Source: a virus
Strand: one strand, 5' to 3'
Virus record (IMG/VR): IMGVR_UViG_3300018412_000010
DNA length: 64,000 nt
Below are positions 19,766 to 29,922 of this stretch, piece by piece (positions within the stretch are counted from its first letter, which is position 1; each line of letters starts with the position of its first letter). The notes under the pieces were generated by a model. That model was not told the DNA's origin, did not search any database, and saw only the letters and a list, made by a program, of their open reading frames with translations. A program made the position numbers and the translations under genes.

Positions 19766-22611
19766 TATAGTTCTATCTCCTTTAAGCTATATTTTTCTCC
19801 AAGATATTCGATTCCATTATCATCCAATACTGCGATAGTGATTTTCTGTGCCTTACTTTTAAGATTTTCAACAACCTGTTCGCCGAACACATTCCATATT
19901 GCCATCTTACCCTTATTTTTAAAGTCTGTGTATGATAAATCTATAACATAATTCGTTACCATTTCTAAATTTGAACATACCTCTAAACAATCCATCATTA
20001 AATTCTCGTCTAAGTTGACAAATGATTCTCTATATTTGTCTGGATCGCTACCTTTAACATACGAGCCATTCGATGCCACCGATGGCTTTAAAAGTATTTG
20101 TGTTTTATAATCTTGATTATACAAACCTATAAGTCTTTTTATTTGATTTTTTTCTTTACTTGTTAACTTATCTTGCATATTTGATTTTAGTATAGAATAA
20201 TCAAACTGAATTTCGCTCTTTGCCCATTTATTTTCAAATTCGGCATGTTCTACATAATTTGCCAACGCATTCATTGTGCAATTATTCTTTAGAACTGGTA
20301 AATATCTATTGTATCTATATGCAAAGTTTCTTTCTTTTTTTGTTTTTTCCTTAGAATATATTAAATCATTCAACTTCTTTCCAAAAACACGTCTTGAAAA
20401 TTTATTATGAACTGATTTATAATCCTTATATTCTTGTTGTAATGTTGGATATACATAAGTGAAAAAGTATGGTTTTCTGTTTGCACAAATACTGTTTTCA
20501 AAATCTATTTTTACATTCTTCTTATTTATATCGTCAATTTCTTCTTTTGTCATTCCATCAAGAATTTCTAATCTTCTTTGTTTGTGTGACCATTTTCTTG
20601 GTGGTGGTATAAATACATCGCCCTTAGTAGAATCTATTGCAACACCTTGATGATATCTTAGCAAGTCAATTCTCTTTCTTAATTCTTTATATTCCTTACT
20701 ATCTTCTTTATAATCTGCAAGCATTGCTATGAAATTAGAAGCAAGATTTGTAATAAATCCTATCTTAGTATCAAATGACTTAACGTCCATATTTGCAAAA
20801 CTTGTAGGATTAATCATCTGTTCTTTAATAATTGATTTTTCATACATTATTGGATACTGCGCATCGTCTACGGCATTTATTAGATATTTATCATCACTTG
20901 TTAATAATAAATCACCATCATAATCTGCATCACTACATCTATTCATTGTAGTATCCCACACGTTTGTTACAATTCCAGAAGTGATATATTTAAACCAATA
21001 CATACATTTTTCATCACTATATATATTTGTGAGTTGATTTTCTGCCGGCGCAACTAATGGTGACCTCATAATTGCCACCTTTTCACTACCTTTTTCCACC
21101 CATCTTCTTGACCAACACTGCTTTCTTTCAAGTAATCCCGTTGGTTTCATGCCGAAAGCATGTTCTGCCATAGCATATAAGTCCGGTATAGCAAATTCAT
21201 AACTTCCTTCAACCAAACATTTTCCAATTTTCAATCTATCAATCTTTCTTTGGACAGTTTGGTTTATCTTCATCTTGATATATTCATCATTAAGAATATC
21301 CTTATTATACATCAATGCTTTAGAAATATATGTTCCAAGCTCATTCTCCATTTTATTAACATTTATATCATCATCATCTTGCAATCCAAGTAAGAATAAC
21401 GAAGTATATAATTCATCACCAGACATAATCTTCTTTACCCAATCAAGGGAATAATCTGATAATTTACAGATTGTCTCATTAGTAAATCCATTACTTTGAA
21501 CATATTGATAATTCATAGTTGTATATATATTATCAAATTTCTTATTTACTCTTGCTATTCCGAACACATGACCAAACTTGTTATGATATCCACAGTATTC
21601 CTCCCAAGAGGAATACTTTTTCCACATTTTAAATTGACTTACTGTTAGTATTACATCAATATTTTTAACATATTGCTTATTGCCCCATGCGTCAACAATA
21701 AACGTTTTCTTAGCTACAAGTCTTGCAAATTCTTTGAAATCAAATACGCTTACAAGACCCTTTATCCATGCACTTCTTAAAATAAACGAGCTGGGCATGT
21801 AGTCTAATTTTAAATTCGACTGCCATACTTTTGCAAACTCTGGACAAACGATTCCAGACCCATCAAATGCGTTTATTTCAACTTCCATATTTCTTACTTC
21901 AATATCTTTTTCGCCATCATCGCTATCATATATCCAAGATATTTTTTCGTCCTTTAAAATATGTTTAAAGTCTTTTACCACACATATTCTTGGCGTGGCT
22001 ACTTTATTAGTTGCACTCGCATATAATGCATAGTAGGCTGAAAACTTAGCCAAGTTCATCTTTCCAACCTTTTTCTTATCAAGCCCACACATCATAATTT
22101 TTTCAAGGTCGTCATATAATTCTGCATTTACAAATATAGCCGTATTTCTTCTTAATTGACCCGCACCGGCACAAAGTCTCTTGTATTTTAAATCATATAT
22201 CTTATTATTTACTTCGCTTTTTACTCTGAATCCATTTTTGCAAATATCTTTATATTGTTTTTTTGTTGCATTTTCGGTATCACATCTTACTGAAATTATA
22301 TGCGGTATAAACATTAGTTCGTTTATTTTATTTTGGATAATTCCTATTTTTTTTGAATTTTCTTTTGATTTTTCTATTTTTTTAAAATTATTCTTATCAA
22401 TGTTTAGTTTTTTTATTTTATCCATTAATTCTTCATAATTTATACCATATATATTTCTAATAAATTCAAATATCTGATTATCGCCAAGGCTTACAATTAA
22501 ACCATCTTCTTTTGCCCTTACAAAACTAATTCCTACATAATATTCGTCTTTTATAATCTTAGACACATCTAATTTTAACGTATAAAATAAATTTAAACTA
22601 TTTTTAGCCAT
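19765..22611 (-). CDS. YonO-like single-subunit (two-barrel, RdRP-like) RNA polymerase
   Basis: AGQLR, FDGSG, ILR..WIKG, MRSP and catalytic DADYDGD motifs; start revised to MAKNSL after GGAG RBS. Confidence 0.9.
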   Translation of the reverse strand: MAKNSLNLFYTLKLDVSKIIKDEYYVGISFVRAKEDGLIVSLGDNQIFEFIRNIYGINYEELMDKIKKLNIDKNNFKKIEKSKENSKKIGIIQNKINELMFIPHIISVRCDTENATKKQYKDICKNGFRVKSEVNNKIYDLKYKRLCAGAGQLRRNTAIFVNAELYDDLEKIMMCGLDKKKVGKMNLAKFSAYYALYASATNKVATPRICVVKDFKHILKDEKISWIYDSDDGEKDIEVRNMEVEINAFDGSGIVCPEFAKVWQSNLKLDYMPSSFILRSAWIKGLVSVFDFKEFARLVAKKTFIVDAWGNKQYVKNIDVILTVSQFKMWKKYSSWEEYCGYHNKFGHVFGIARVNKKFDNIYTTMNYQYVQSNGFTNETICKLSDYSLDWVKKIMSGDELYTSLFLLGLQDDDDINVNKMENELGTYISKALMYNKDILNDEYIKMKINQTVQRKIDRLKIGKCLVEGSYEFAIPDLYAMAEHAFGMKPTGLLERKQCWSRRWVEKGSEKVAIMRSPLVAPAENQLTNIYSDEKCMYWFKYITSGIVTNVWDTTMNRCSDADYDGDLLLTSDDKYLINAVDDAQYPIMYEKSIIKEQMINPTSFANMDVKSFDTKIGFITNLASNFIAMLADYKEDSKEYKELRKRIDLLRYHQGVAIDSTKGDVFIPPPRKWSHKQRRLEILDGMTKEEIDDINKKNVKIDFENSICANRKPYFFTYVYPTLQQEYKDYKSVHNKFSRRVFGKKLNDLIYSKEKTKKERNFAYRYNRYLPVLKNNCTMNALANYVEHAEFENKWAKSEIQFDYSILKSNMQDKLTSKEKNQIKRLIGLYNQDYKTQILLKPSVASNGSYVKGSDPDKYRESFVNLDENLMMDCLEVCSNLEMVTNYVIDLSYTDFKNKGKMAIWNVFGEQVVENLKSKAQKITIAVLDDNGIEYLGEKYSLKEIEL

Positions 22612-22627
22612 TAATACACTCCAATTG

Positions 22628-23056
22628 TTAAATAATACTTGCCAGTCCATCCGCCCATATTGAAAGTTCACGGACTATATTGTTAAGTTCATAAAATCTT
22701 TCTGTTGTGTTTGATTCACTTTCGAACCAAAATCTTATTATATGTGAAGATTCTTGTTTGACGCATTTTGGCAAACTTTTAAAGTTTACCGCGTCTTTAA
22801 AAAATATGTAACCATTATTTATATTTTCATCATACAATTCAGATGAATCATACCCATAATGTCCGCTACAACAAAATCTTGTAAAATACCCTTTTCTATT
22901 TAATGTTTGTATCACATACACTATATCATCATCTATTTCCACATAACTTAATGCTTCATCTTCATTGTAATAATCTGCATATGTAACTTTATTTTTTGGA
23001 ACAGTATTATATATATCATAATTATATATATTCATATATGCCATATTACTCACCAC
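22628..23056 (-). CDS. TYW3-like small protein
   Basis: IDDDI...IQTLNRKGYFTRFCCSGH. Confidence 0.55.
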   Translation of the reverse strand: MVSNMAYMNIYNYDIYNTVPKNKVTYADYYNEDEALSYVEIDDDIVYVIQTLNRKGYFTRFCCSGHYGYDSSELYDENINNGYIFFKDAVNFKSLPKCVKQESSHIIRFWFESESNTTERFYELNNIVRELSIWADGLASII

Positions 23057-23579
23057 GCTTTATTGTTTCATATAATGATTTTACTGGCTCCATAAGATTA
23101 TCAACTCCAGAACAAGATGATATTTTATATTTAAAATTAAAATCATTTAGTGCAACTTCCGAACGGTGATTTTTTTGTTCTTCTGTTAAATCACTTTCAA
23201 ATCCTTCTCTTGAAACTGTTACGCTATATGTATCAAACATGCTTTCTGGTATAAGAATTTCATTTGGATACCTACAATCATCAATCAACACATAATCATA
23301 ACCACCACACAATGATTTAATATCATCCATCAATTTATCTATCCAATAACTTTCGCCATTAGACTTTCTCATTCCGTCGCCAACATTTTGAAGTAAAGAT
23401 CTGCCTTCAATATCTTTTGAGCCATCCCATCCCATATATGTCTTACACATATACTTTAGATATCCAGCATAATTTAGGACTATTGCAGTTTCACCATTAT
23501 TTATTGCGATGTTTTTAAAAATTTCAGCAACTGTAGATTTTCCATTTCTTGCTTTACCTGCTATTGCTATTACTTTCAT
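23046..23579 (-). CDS. Deoxynucleoside monophosphate kinase
   Basis: GKARNGKST, R.LLQ.VG, DDCRYPNE, H.SE. Confidence 0.8.
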   Translation of the reverse strand: MKVIAIAGKARNGKSTVAEIFKNIAINNGETAIVLNYAGYLKYMCKTYMGWDGSKDIEGRSLLQNVGDGMRKSNGESYWIDKLMDDIKSLCGGYDYVLIDDCRYPNEILIPESMFDTYSVTVSREGFESDLTEEQKNHRSEVALNDFNFKYKISSCSGVDNLMEPVKSLYETIKRGE

Positions 23580-24172
23580 TAATTAAGCCCCTCCTTTAAA
23601 TAATAATCAAACATATAACCTATTTCATTCCAATCATCTACATTATATACGTCGTCATTATCATGTCTTTGCCATTTAAAATTATTATAATCTTTGTATA
23701 AAATTTTGATATAGGCATTGGTGTGTTCCAAACATTCATAAATGTCGTCAATTTGAATTGCATGTCTCATATCAATATTTGATTTATCATTACTACTTGA
23801 AGAGTATACTTCTTTTATGTATTGCATATTTTTTTCTATCCACTTTGTCTTTAATTCTAAATTTTTGCCATGCGCTGCTGTTGAAATATAGAAGTCAATA
23901 TCATTTTTATATTTTTCCAATACTTCTACTATATGTGGCATAAATTCTAACTTTTCATCAAAGAATTCTTCTGAGGAAAAAATTTCATATACCTCTTCTT
24001 GAGTAATTTCTGGATATAAGTTTCTAAAATTATAACTTCCCAGTTCATCTGGTGATTTATTTACATTAAACTTTTTATTTGCTATTTCAACGAATCTCTT
24101 AACGCTGTTAACAATCGTTGAGTCAAAATCTAAAAATACCTTAATCTTACTATTCACAATTTTCTTCTCCAA
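23579..24172 (-). CDS. HAD-family 5'(3')-deoxyribonucleotidase
   Basis: LDFDSTI, K..W, IDD motifs. Confidence 0.8.
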   Translation of the reverse strand: MEKKIVNSKIKVFLDFDSTIVNSVKRFVEIANKKFNVNKSPDELGSYNFRNLYPEITQEEVYEIFSSEEFFDEKLEFMPHIVEVLEKYKNDIDFYISTAAHGKNLELKTKWIEKNMQYIKEVYSSSSNDKSNIDMRHAIQIDDIYECLEHTNAYIKILYKDYNNFKWQRHDNDDVYNVDDWNEIGYMFDYYLKEGLN

Positions 24173-24677
24173 TCATATTGAATATTGTATTTGTATCATA
24201 TACATACTTTACTTTCTTTCGACGCTGTGGTATTAATATTCCACCGAAATCAATTACGTCTTTTATATTTATCGACTTCTTAGTTGTTGATTCAATAAAT
24301 TTATTGAAGTTATCAATATCTAAGAAGTATGTTAATTCTTGTTCTCTAAAGTTGAATACTAAGCCGGCAATTACACCTTTATAACTTCTTGCTCTGCTTA
24401 ACCCTTCAATTTGACATTTCTTTATTTGTTTCTTATTATCATCAGTCGAAAATGATATTGACTTTTCCTTTGTGCTTTTAAGCTCCAATGCAAAGAAGTA
24501 TGGGAACTTGTAAGCGTAGCTGTCGTAGGGATTATGTGTTGAAAATCTTGTCTTTGCCCCTCCGCCGAATGAAGCCGCTGGGTCTTTAACCCTTTCATAA
24601 TATATAACATCTGCGTCTATACTATCACGAAATGCATCTTCAAATATCTTACCTTCGTTTCTAGGAATATTCATCAA
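24150..24677 (-). CDS. recU: RecU-like Holliday junction resolvase
   Basis: GK.FE, PYD, ALELKST, Q...L motifs. Confidence 0.8.
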   Translation of the reverse strand: MMNIPRNEGKIFEDAFRDSIDADVIYYERVKDPAASFGGGAKTRFSTHNPYDSYAYKFPYFFALELKSTKEKSISFSTDDNKKQIKKCQIEGLSRARSYKGVIAGLVFNFREQELTYFLDIDNFNKFIESTTKKSINIKDVIDFGGILIPQRRKKVKYVYDTNTIFNMIGEENCE

Positions 24678-24708
24678 CCCTTTCTTAATTTATTTCATCC
24701 TATAGTAT

Positions 24709-24811
24709 ATTATACCATAAATTTACTAAAAAGTCAAGTGTGTTCAAAAATAAATTAAAAATATTTTAATTTTCGAAAATACTTGACAAATATAAAAATA
24801 TATGGTATAAT
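24709..24811. promoter_or_regulatory. Divergent sigma-A promoters
   Basis: Minus TTGACT-17-TATAAT (24709-24737); plus TTGACA-17-TATAAT (24783-24811). Confidence 0.75.
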
Positions 24812-24828
24812 ATATATATATTTAAGAG

Positions 24829-24980
24829 TACTTATAATATATGTCTATATAGACATAGTATATAAGTATATATAAATACCTATATAAGTAAATATAATAA
24901 TATTTTAATATTATTATTATATTTACGTTTATATACTTATAATATAAGACTATATAGACATAGCATATAAGTATATATAA
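24829..24980. repeat. Two 47-bp palindromic direct repeats flanking a third palindrome
   Basis: 24829-24875 vs 24934-24980, 44/47 identical. Confidence 0.8.
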
Positions 24981-25004
24981 TATATATAATATAAGGAGGA
25001 TTTT

Positions 25005-25613
25005 TTGAAAACAGAAATTTTAGGAATTAAGGGAACTTGGCTCGACGTTCTGAATGATTGTAGAAATACAGTATCTAAAGAACCATTAAACAAAGAACCA
25101 AGCGACAACTTTAAAAAGAGTATACTTATATCTGAACATTCTCCAATAAGGGATATTAGTATTCGTTGGAGATGGGAAAGTATTAAATCATGGGTAGCTA
25201 CCCATTGGGTAAGACATAAATGGGAGTGTTTTGTTTCAACAAGACGAACTGATCGAACTGGTATTGATAGAAATTCTTTAAGACAGGATGAATTAGTTTC
25301 TATGGTTGGAGACGCAAATATCCAGCAATTAATTGATACGGCAAGAAAAAGATTATGCTATCAAGCATCATCTGAAACAAGAGATTATATGGTAGATTTA
25401 AAAATATCAATACATAATTTAGAACCAGATATATCTAATGTATTAGTTCCAAATTGCATTTACAGAATGTCGTGCCCAGAAATGTCAAACTGTGGATTCA
25501 TTAATAATTTTATAAATAATAATAAAGATATAAATATATTTGATATCCAAGAAAGATATAATAGGTATAATGAATTATTTTATAAAAAATATGAAACAGG
25601 TATTGACAAATAG
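25005..25613 (+). CDS. thyX: Flavin-dependent thymidylate synthase
   Basis: EHSP, VATHWVRH, STRR, RKRLCYQAS.ETR, VPNCIYR..CPE. Confidence 0.8.
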   Translation: MKTEILGIKGTWLDVLNDCRNTVSKEPLNKEPSDNFKKSILISEHSPIRDISIRWRWESIKSWVATHWVRHKWECFVSTRRTDRTGIDRNSLRQDELVSMVGDANIQQLIDTARKRLCYQASSETRDYMVDLKISIHNLEPDISNVLVPNCIYRMSCPEMSNCGFINNFINNNKDINIFDIQERYNRYNELFYKKYETGIDK

Positions 25614-25631
25614 TAAAATCTATGTTATAAT
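25603..25631 (+). promoter_or_regulatory. sigma-A promoter
   Basis: TTGACA-17-TATAAT. Confidence 0.65.
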
Positions 25632-25652
25632 AAAAGAAAGTTGAGGTTGACA

Positions 25653-25943
25653 ATGAAATATATTATTGGTTCAAGATGTTCCGGTGTCTCCACTGAAATA
25701 GTTATGCAAAGCGTTGCATATGATATTCCAATTCTAGTTACATATTATAGTCAGATTAATATTTATAATGAAAAAGCATTATCTCTTGGTTTGAAATTTC
25801 CAAAATATGTTCTTCTAAAAGACATGAGGGGCTATAAGGGCGATATATTAATAGATAATAATGCTATGGTATTAAAACAACTTATGCATACGGAATATGG
25901 ATTTAATGGTAAAATTGTTGCCATAGGCGATACAGTTGAATAA
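25653..25943 (+). CDS. Hypothetical protein (degenerate P-loop-like)
   Basis: GAGGT RBS; GSRCSGVST...ILIDN. Confidence 0.55.
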   Translation: MKYIIGSRCSGVSTEIVMQSVAYDIPILVTYYSQINIYNEKALSLGLKFPKYVLLKDMRGYKGDILIDNNAMVLKQLMHTEYGFNGKIVAIGDTVE

Positions 25944-25954
25944 GAGGGTATAAA

Positions 25955-26545
25955 ATGAAAATATTTGCTGATACGAAATTATGGAAAGATATCTCTGGTT
26001 ATGAAAATATTTATCAAGTCAGCACTTTTGGGAATATTAAAAGAATAAATACTGGAAGAATTTTAAAACCATCAAAAGATAATAAAGGATATTTAAGAGT
26101 TAATTTATCTAAAGAGGGTGTTGCAAAAACATTTCTGGTGCATCAATTAGTAGCAATTGAATTTATCCCAAATCCATTATTATTAGATAATATAGACCAT
26201 ATAAATACAGTTGCTTATGATAATAGAGTTGAAAATTTAAGATGGGTTACTTATAAAGAAAATAATAATAATGAGTTAACTAAAATAAAAAACTCTATTG
26301 CTAAAACCGGTAAGAATCACCCATTATATGGGAAACATCATAAGGAACAAACAATATATAGGATGATTAATTCGAGTAATGAAAAAATTGTATTGCAATA
26401 TAACTTTTCTGGCGAGTTTATCAAAGAATGGAGAAGTATAAACTCGATAGAAAAAGAGATAGGATATAATCATAGCAATATATGTTCATGTTGTAATGGC
26501 AAAAGAAAAAGTGCATATGGTTATATATGGAGGTATAAAATTTAA
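25955..26545 (+). CDS. NUMOD4-HNH-NUMOD1 homing endonuclease
   Basis: WKDISGYEN.YQVS..G, VHQLVA..FIPN, DHIN....DN...NLRW, ICSCC.GKRKSAYGYIW. Confidence 0.9.
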   Translation: MKIFADTKLWKDISGYENIYQVSTFGNIKRINTGRILKPSKDNKGYLRVNLSKEGVAKTFLVHQLVAIEFIPNPLLLDNIDHINTVAYDNRVENLRWVTYKENNNNELTKIKNSIAKTGKNHPLYGKHHKEQTIYRMINSSNEKIVLQYNFSGEFIKEWRSINSIEKEIGYNHSNICSCCNGKRKSAYGYIWRYKI

Positions 26546-26546
26546 T

Positions 26547-27101
26547 ATGAAAATTTATACAGATTGTGAATTCACAGGCCTGCACAAAAATACTACATTA
26601 ATTAGTATTGGAATGGTTTCAGAAAGTGGCAAAGAATTTTATGCAGAATTTAATGATTATGACAAAACACAAGTTGATGAATGGATTTATAATAATGTAA
26701 TTAAAAATCTAAAGAATGACGGTTTTAAAAATAATTATAAAATGGAAAATGAAACTAAAACAATTAGTTATGGAACATCTAAATATAATAAAGAAAACTT
26801 ACTAGAATGGCTACAACAATTTGATAAAGTAGAACTTGTATTAGATGTAGGTCATTATGACTTTGTATTGTTAATTGATTTACTATTTGGGAGTTCACTT
26901 GATGCTCCAAGATGGTTTAATAAATCATATATCGACCTAAATCAAGAAATATCCAATTATCATAACATTACAATCGGTGGTGCTTTTAACATTAGACGTG
27001 AAGCATTAGTTGATAATTTGGATAAATATGAAAATATGAATAAACATAATTCACTATACGATGCATATATCGTAAAAGAAATATATGAAAGTTTCTACTA
27101 A
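26547..27101 (+). CDS. DEDDh 3'-5' exo(ribo)nuclease
   Basis: TDCEFTGL, LISIG, YDF, KHNSLYDA; start revised to MKIYTD. Confidence 0.8.
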   Translation: MKIYTDCEFTGLHKNTTLISIGMVSESGKEFYAEFNDYDKTQVDEWIYNNVIKNLKNDGFKNNYKMENETKTISYGTSKYNKENLLEWLQQFDKVELVLDVGHYDFVLLIDLLFGSSLDAPRWFNKSYIDLNQEISNYHNITIGGAFNIRREALVDNLDKYENMNKHNSLYDAYIVKEIYESFY

Positions 27102-27131
27102 ATGTAGATTCATATATACTCCTCCTTTCAT

Positions 27132-27170
27132 TATACACTGGAGATAAAAATTCTCCAGTGTATAAATTTT
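27132..27170 (+). terminator. Intrinsic terminator
   Basis: TATACACTGGAG...CTCCAGTGTATA then T-run. Confidence 0.65.
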
Positions 27171-27193
27171 TTATACATATTTTTATAATTTAC

Positions 27194-27222
27194 TTGACAA
27201 ACCACTTAATATATGGTATAAT
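27194..27222 (+). promoter_or_regulatory. sigma-A promoter for methyltransferase operon
   Basis: TTGACA-17-TATAAT. Confidence 0.7.
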
Positions 27223-27252
27223 AGTATTATAATAAAAGTTAAGGAGCTACAT

Positions 27253-28146
27253 ATGAATGTATTAAGTCTATTTGACGGGATATCATGTGGATATGTTGCA
27301 TTGGATAGAGCGGGAATTAAGGTGGATAATTATTATTCCAGTGAAATTGACAAATATGCAATAACTGTATCACAAAAGAATTATCCAGACATTATAAGAC
27401 TTGGAAATGTTGTTTACGTAGAAGACGTTCCAAATATTGACTTGTTAATCGGCGGAAGCCCATGTCAAGGATTTAGTTTTGCCGGCAAACAATTAAACTT
27501 TCAAGACCCAAGAAGTAGTTTGTTTTTTGAATTTGTTAGACTTTTGGAAAAGACAAAACCAAAATACTTTCTACTTGAAAATGTAAAAATGAAACAAGAA
27601 TATCAAGATATTATAAGTGGATATTTAGGCGTAAAGCCAATAGAAATTAATTCTTCATTAGTTTCTGCCCAAAACAGAAAAAGACTATATTGGACTAATA
27701 TTCCAAATGTGGAACAACCAGAAGATAAGAAAATATTATTAAATGATATTGTATTAGACGATGTTTTTCCAATTGCATTACATAATTTATATGGTGGATT
27801 TAAAGAAACTTCTGTAAGGGTATTTCAAGACAAATCACCAACATTAAGAACTGCCGCGGGTGGCGGGCATATTCCGTCTTTTGTTAAAAAAGATTTAATA
27901 AATAATGAAGAGTTTATTAAGGATAATAATTTTGATGGAAGCGTTGCCAATTTCTTTAAAGGAGTTTCATATAATGAATTTAAGGATTGGGATTGTATAA
28001 GAAAATTCCATCCGATAGAATGTGAAAGACTTCAAACATTGCCAGACGGATATACAGAAGGAATATCTGATACACAAAGATATAAATGTATAGGAAACGG
28101 ATGGACAGTGGATGTAATTGCACATATCTTAAAAGGAATTAAATAA
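27253..28146 (+). CDS. dcm: Orphan DNA cytosine-5 methyltransferase
   Basis: SLFDG, GGSPCQ, ENV, QNR.R, ECERLQT, IGNGW. Confidence 0.92.
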   Translation: MNVLSLFDGISCGYVALDRAGIKVDNYYSSEIDKYAITVSQKNYPDIIRLGNVVYVEDVPNIDLLIGGSPCQGFSFAGKQLNFQDPRSSLFFEFVRLLEKTKPKYFLLENVKMKQEYQDIISGYLGVKPIEINSSLVSAQNRKRLYWTNIPNVEQPEDKKILLNDIVLDDVFPIALHNLYGGFKETSVRVFQDKSPTLRTAAGGGHIPSFVKKDLINNEEFIKDNNFDGSVANFFKGVSYNEFKDWDCIRKFHPIECERLQTLPDGYTEGISDTQRYKCIGNGWTVDVIAHILKGIK

Positions 28147-28541
28147 TGGGAAGAAAGAAAAAAGATATTAAATTAGAAATCACACAAGATGATAAAGACG
28201 AAGATATCCTATATCATAGATATGAAGTTGTTTCCAACGACAGAACTATTCAAATATTATTGTCAAAAGAATGTAATAATATATTTTATGTAAACCATAT
28301 ATTAAACGATTCCTTTATCTACACAATAGATTTAATATTTGATAAGCTTAATTATATTGGAAATGAATATAAAGTATATAGTTATATAAAAAATAATGTA
28401 ATATGTTTTACTACTATTATAGATGGTAATTCATTCCATAATAATTTTACATTAGATAATCATATACTAGGAACATGTTTCGGCGTCTGCATAAAAAACT
28501 TAACTAAGTATGAATATGTGGACTTTGATAAATATTTTTAA
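28146..28541 (+). CDS. Hypothetical protein
   Basis: 131 aa, coupled to dcm. Confidence 0.55.
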   Translation: MGRKKKDIKLEITQDDKDEDILYHRYEVVSNDRTIQILLSKECNNIFYVNHILNDSFIYTIDLIFDKLNYIGNEYKVYSYIKNNVICFTTIIDGNSFHNNFTLDNHILGTCFGVCIKNLTKYEYVDFDKYF

Positions 28542-28561
28542 TAACAAAAGGAGAGTTATTT

Positions 28562-28891
28562 ATGAATTTTGAAATTGAACAGACAATTGAAGAGGTGTTA
28601 AGAAATGGTGTGAAGTGCACACTTAATTATACACCAGATTTTGTAGAGTATGTTAATGCAGTAGATGGTGAATATTCAGACCTTGAACCGTTTGACGAAG
28701 CGATTCTTGCAAGTTTGGAAAATTTAATCTATGAATATGACATTTCAAAGGAAATTACAGCAACCGCATTTATCAGTGACGATGATTCTTATGTATATGT
28801 AAAGGAAATGGATGTTCCGTATATGTTAGCAGTTCTTCCGGTAGGGAATAACGCAAAATATAGGGCATGTCTTGTAGCATCAGTGCTATAA
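28562..28891 (+). CDS. Acidic hypothetical protein
   Basis: 109 aa, AAAGGAG RBS. Confidence 0.6.
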   Translation: MNFEIEQTIEEVLRNGVKCTLNYTPDFVEYVNAVDGEYSDLEPFDEAILASLENLIYEYDISKEITATAFISDDDSYVYVKEMDVPYMLAVLPVGNNAKYRACLVASVL

Positions 28892-28948
28892 TACATATAA
28901 ATGTAAAGTAGGGGCGGGTGTAATAACTCGCTCCAATAATTAAAAGGG

Positions 28949-29323
28949 GTGAATATCATGGATTTCAAAGAACTTAAAAACATAAAAGATTTTACATATG
29001 AATCACATAACTTCGTAGAAGATAAAGATGTTGAAGTGGAAAATGTAAACGAAAATAAATATCAAGTATATAAATATATGACAGAACCAGTATATTTTTC
29101 GGCGGCATATGGTGCCAGAGTTGGTGGTTCTGCTGAAAATGATGGTGGAACACAAAGAGGAAAAAGATCAGAAAAAATATCATGGTATGATGGCGAGTTT
29201 ATATCTAGTATATCTGACGGTGGCGGGATTTCAATAAACTATAATGATAACGATGATTTTGAAAAATGGATGTGTAGTTTTTTCAAGAAACCTAAAAACG
29301 ATTATGAAGTAGAACTTATATAG
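28949..29323 (+). CDS. Hypothetical protein with C-terminal tag YEVELI
   Basis: Only plus-strand tagged gene. Confidence 0.65.
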   Translation: MNIMDFKELKNIKDFTYESHNFVEDKDVEVENVNENKYQVYKYMTEPVYFSAAYGARVGGSAENDGGTQRGKRSEKISWYDGEFISSISDGGGISINYNDNDDFEKWMCSFFKKPKNDYEVELI

Positions 29324-29331
29324 GTGATTAT

Positions 29332-29556
29332 ATGAGAATAATAGAATCTGGTAATATACAATTATATACAACAAGATGTATTAGTTGTAAAAGTTTAATA
29401 GAGTTTAATGAGGGTGAAGAAAATTATGTCTTTGACCAAGATGGAATTTTTGGTTCATGTGAAGATTGGAGTATTAAATGCCCTATGTGTGGGACTAAGA
29501 TTCCAACAAGAAGTATTTGCCATCGTCAATACTATGATTGGAGAACTAAAGTATAA
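29332..29556 (+). CDS. Zn-ribbon protein
   Basis: CISC...CPMC. Confidence 0.6.
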   Translation: MRIIESGNIQLYTTRCISCKSLIEFNEGEENYVFDQDGIFGSCEDWSIKCPMCGTKIPTRSICHRQYYDWRTKV

Positions 29557-29570
29557 TCGAAAGGATTTAT

Positions 29571-29786
29571 ATGTGGAAAGATTTAGAAGTAGTCCATCCA
29601 GTTAAGCATGATGAATATTTGGTTACATTATACTATCCAAGAATATCAACATCTGCTAAGTGGTATAATAAAGAACAACAATTTTTAGATAGCAACAATA
29701 ATAAGTTAAGTGTTATTGCGTGGGATTATATGCCTAAACCATTTCTATTTGAATATGAGAAAATAGCGGGTGAATTTGATGAATGA
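29571..29786 (+). CDS. DUF551-like small protein
   Basis: W......P....EYLVT...VIAW..MP.P. Confidence 0.55.
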   Translation: MWKDLEVVHPVKHDEYLVTLYYPRISTSAKWYNKEQQFLDSNNNKLSVIAWDYMPKPFLFEYEKIAGEFDE

Positions 29787-29922
29787 TGAAAAGGATGTAT
29801 GTTGTGTAAATTATGAAGCTGAATATTATAGACAGTGTAAACAAATATGTGAACTTGCAGAAGAAGTTGAAAGGCTTAAACAATCTTTGATAAATGTTTG
29901 TTTAATGTTGGGTAAGTAATAA

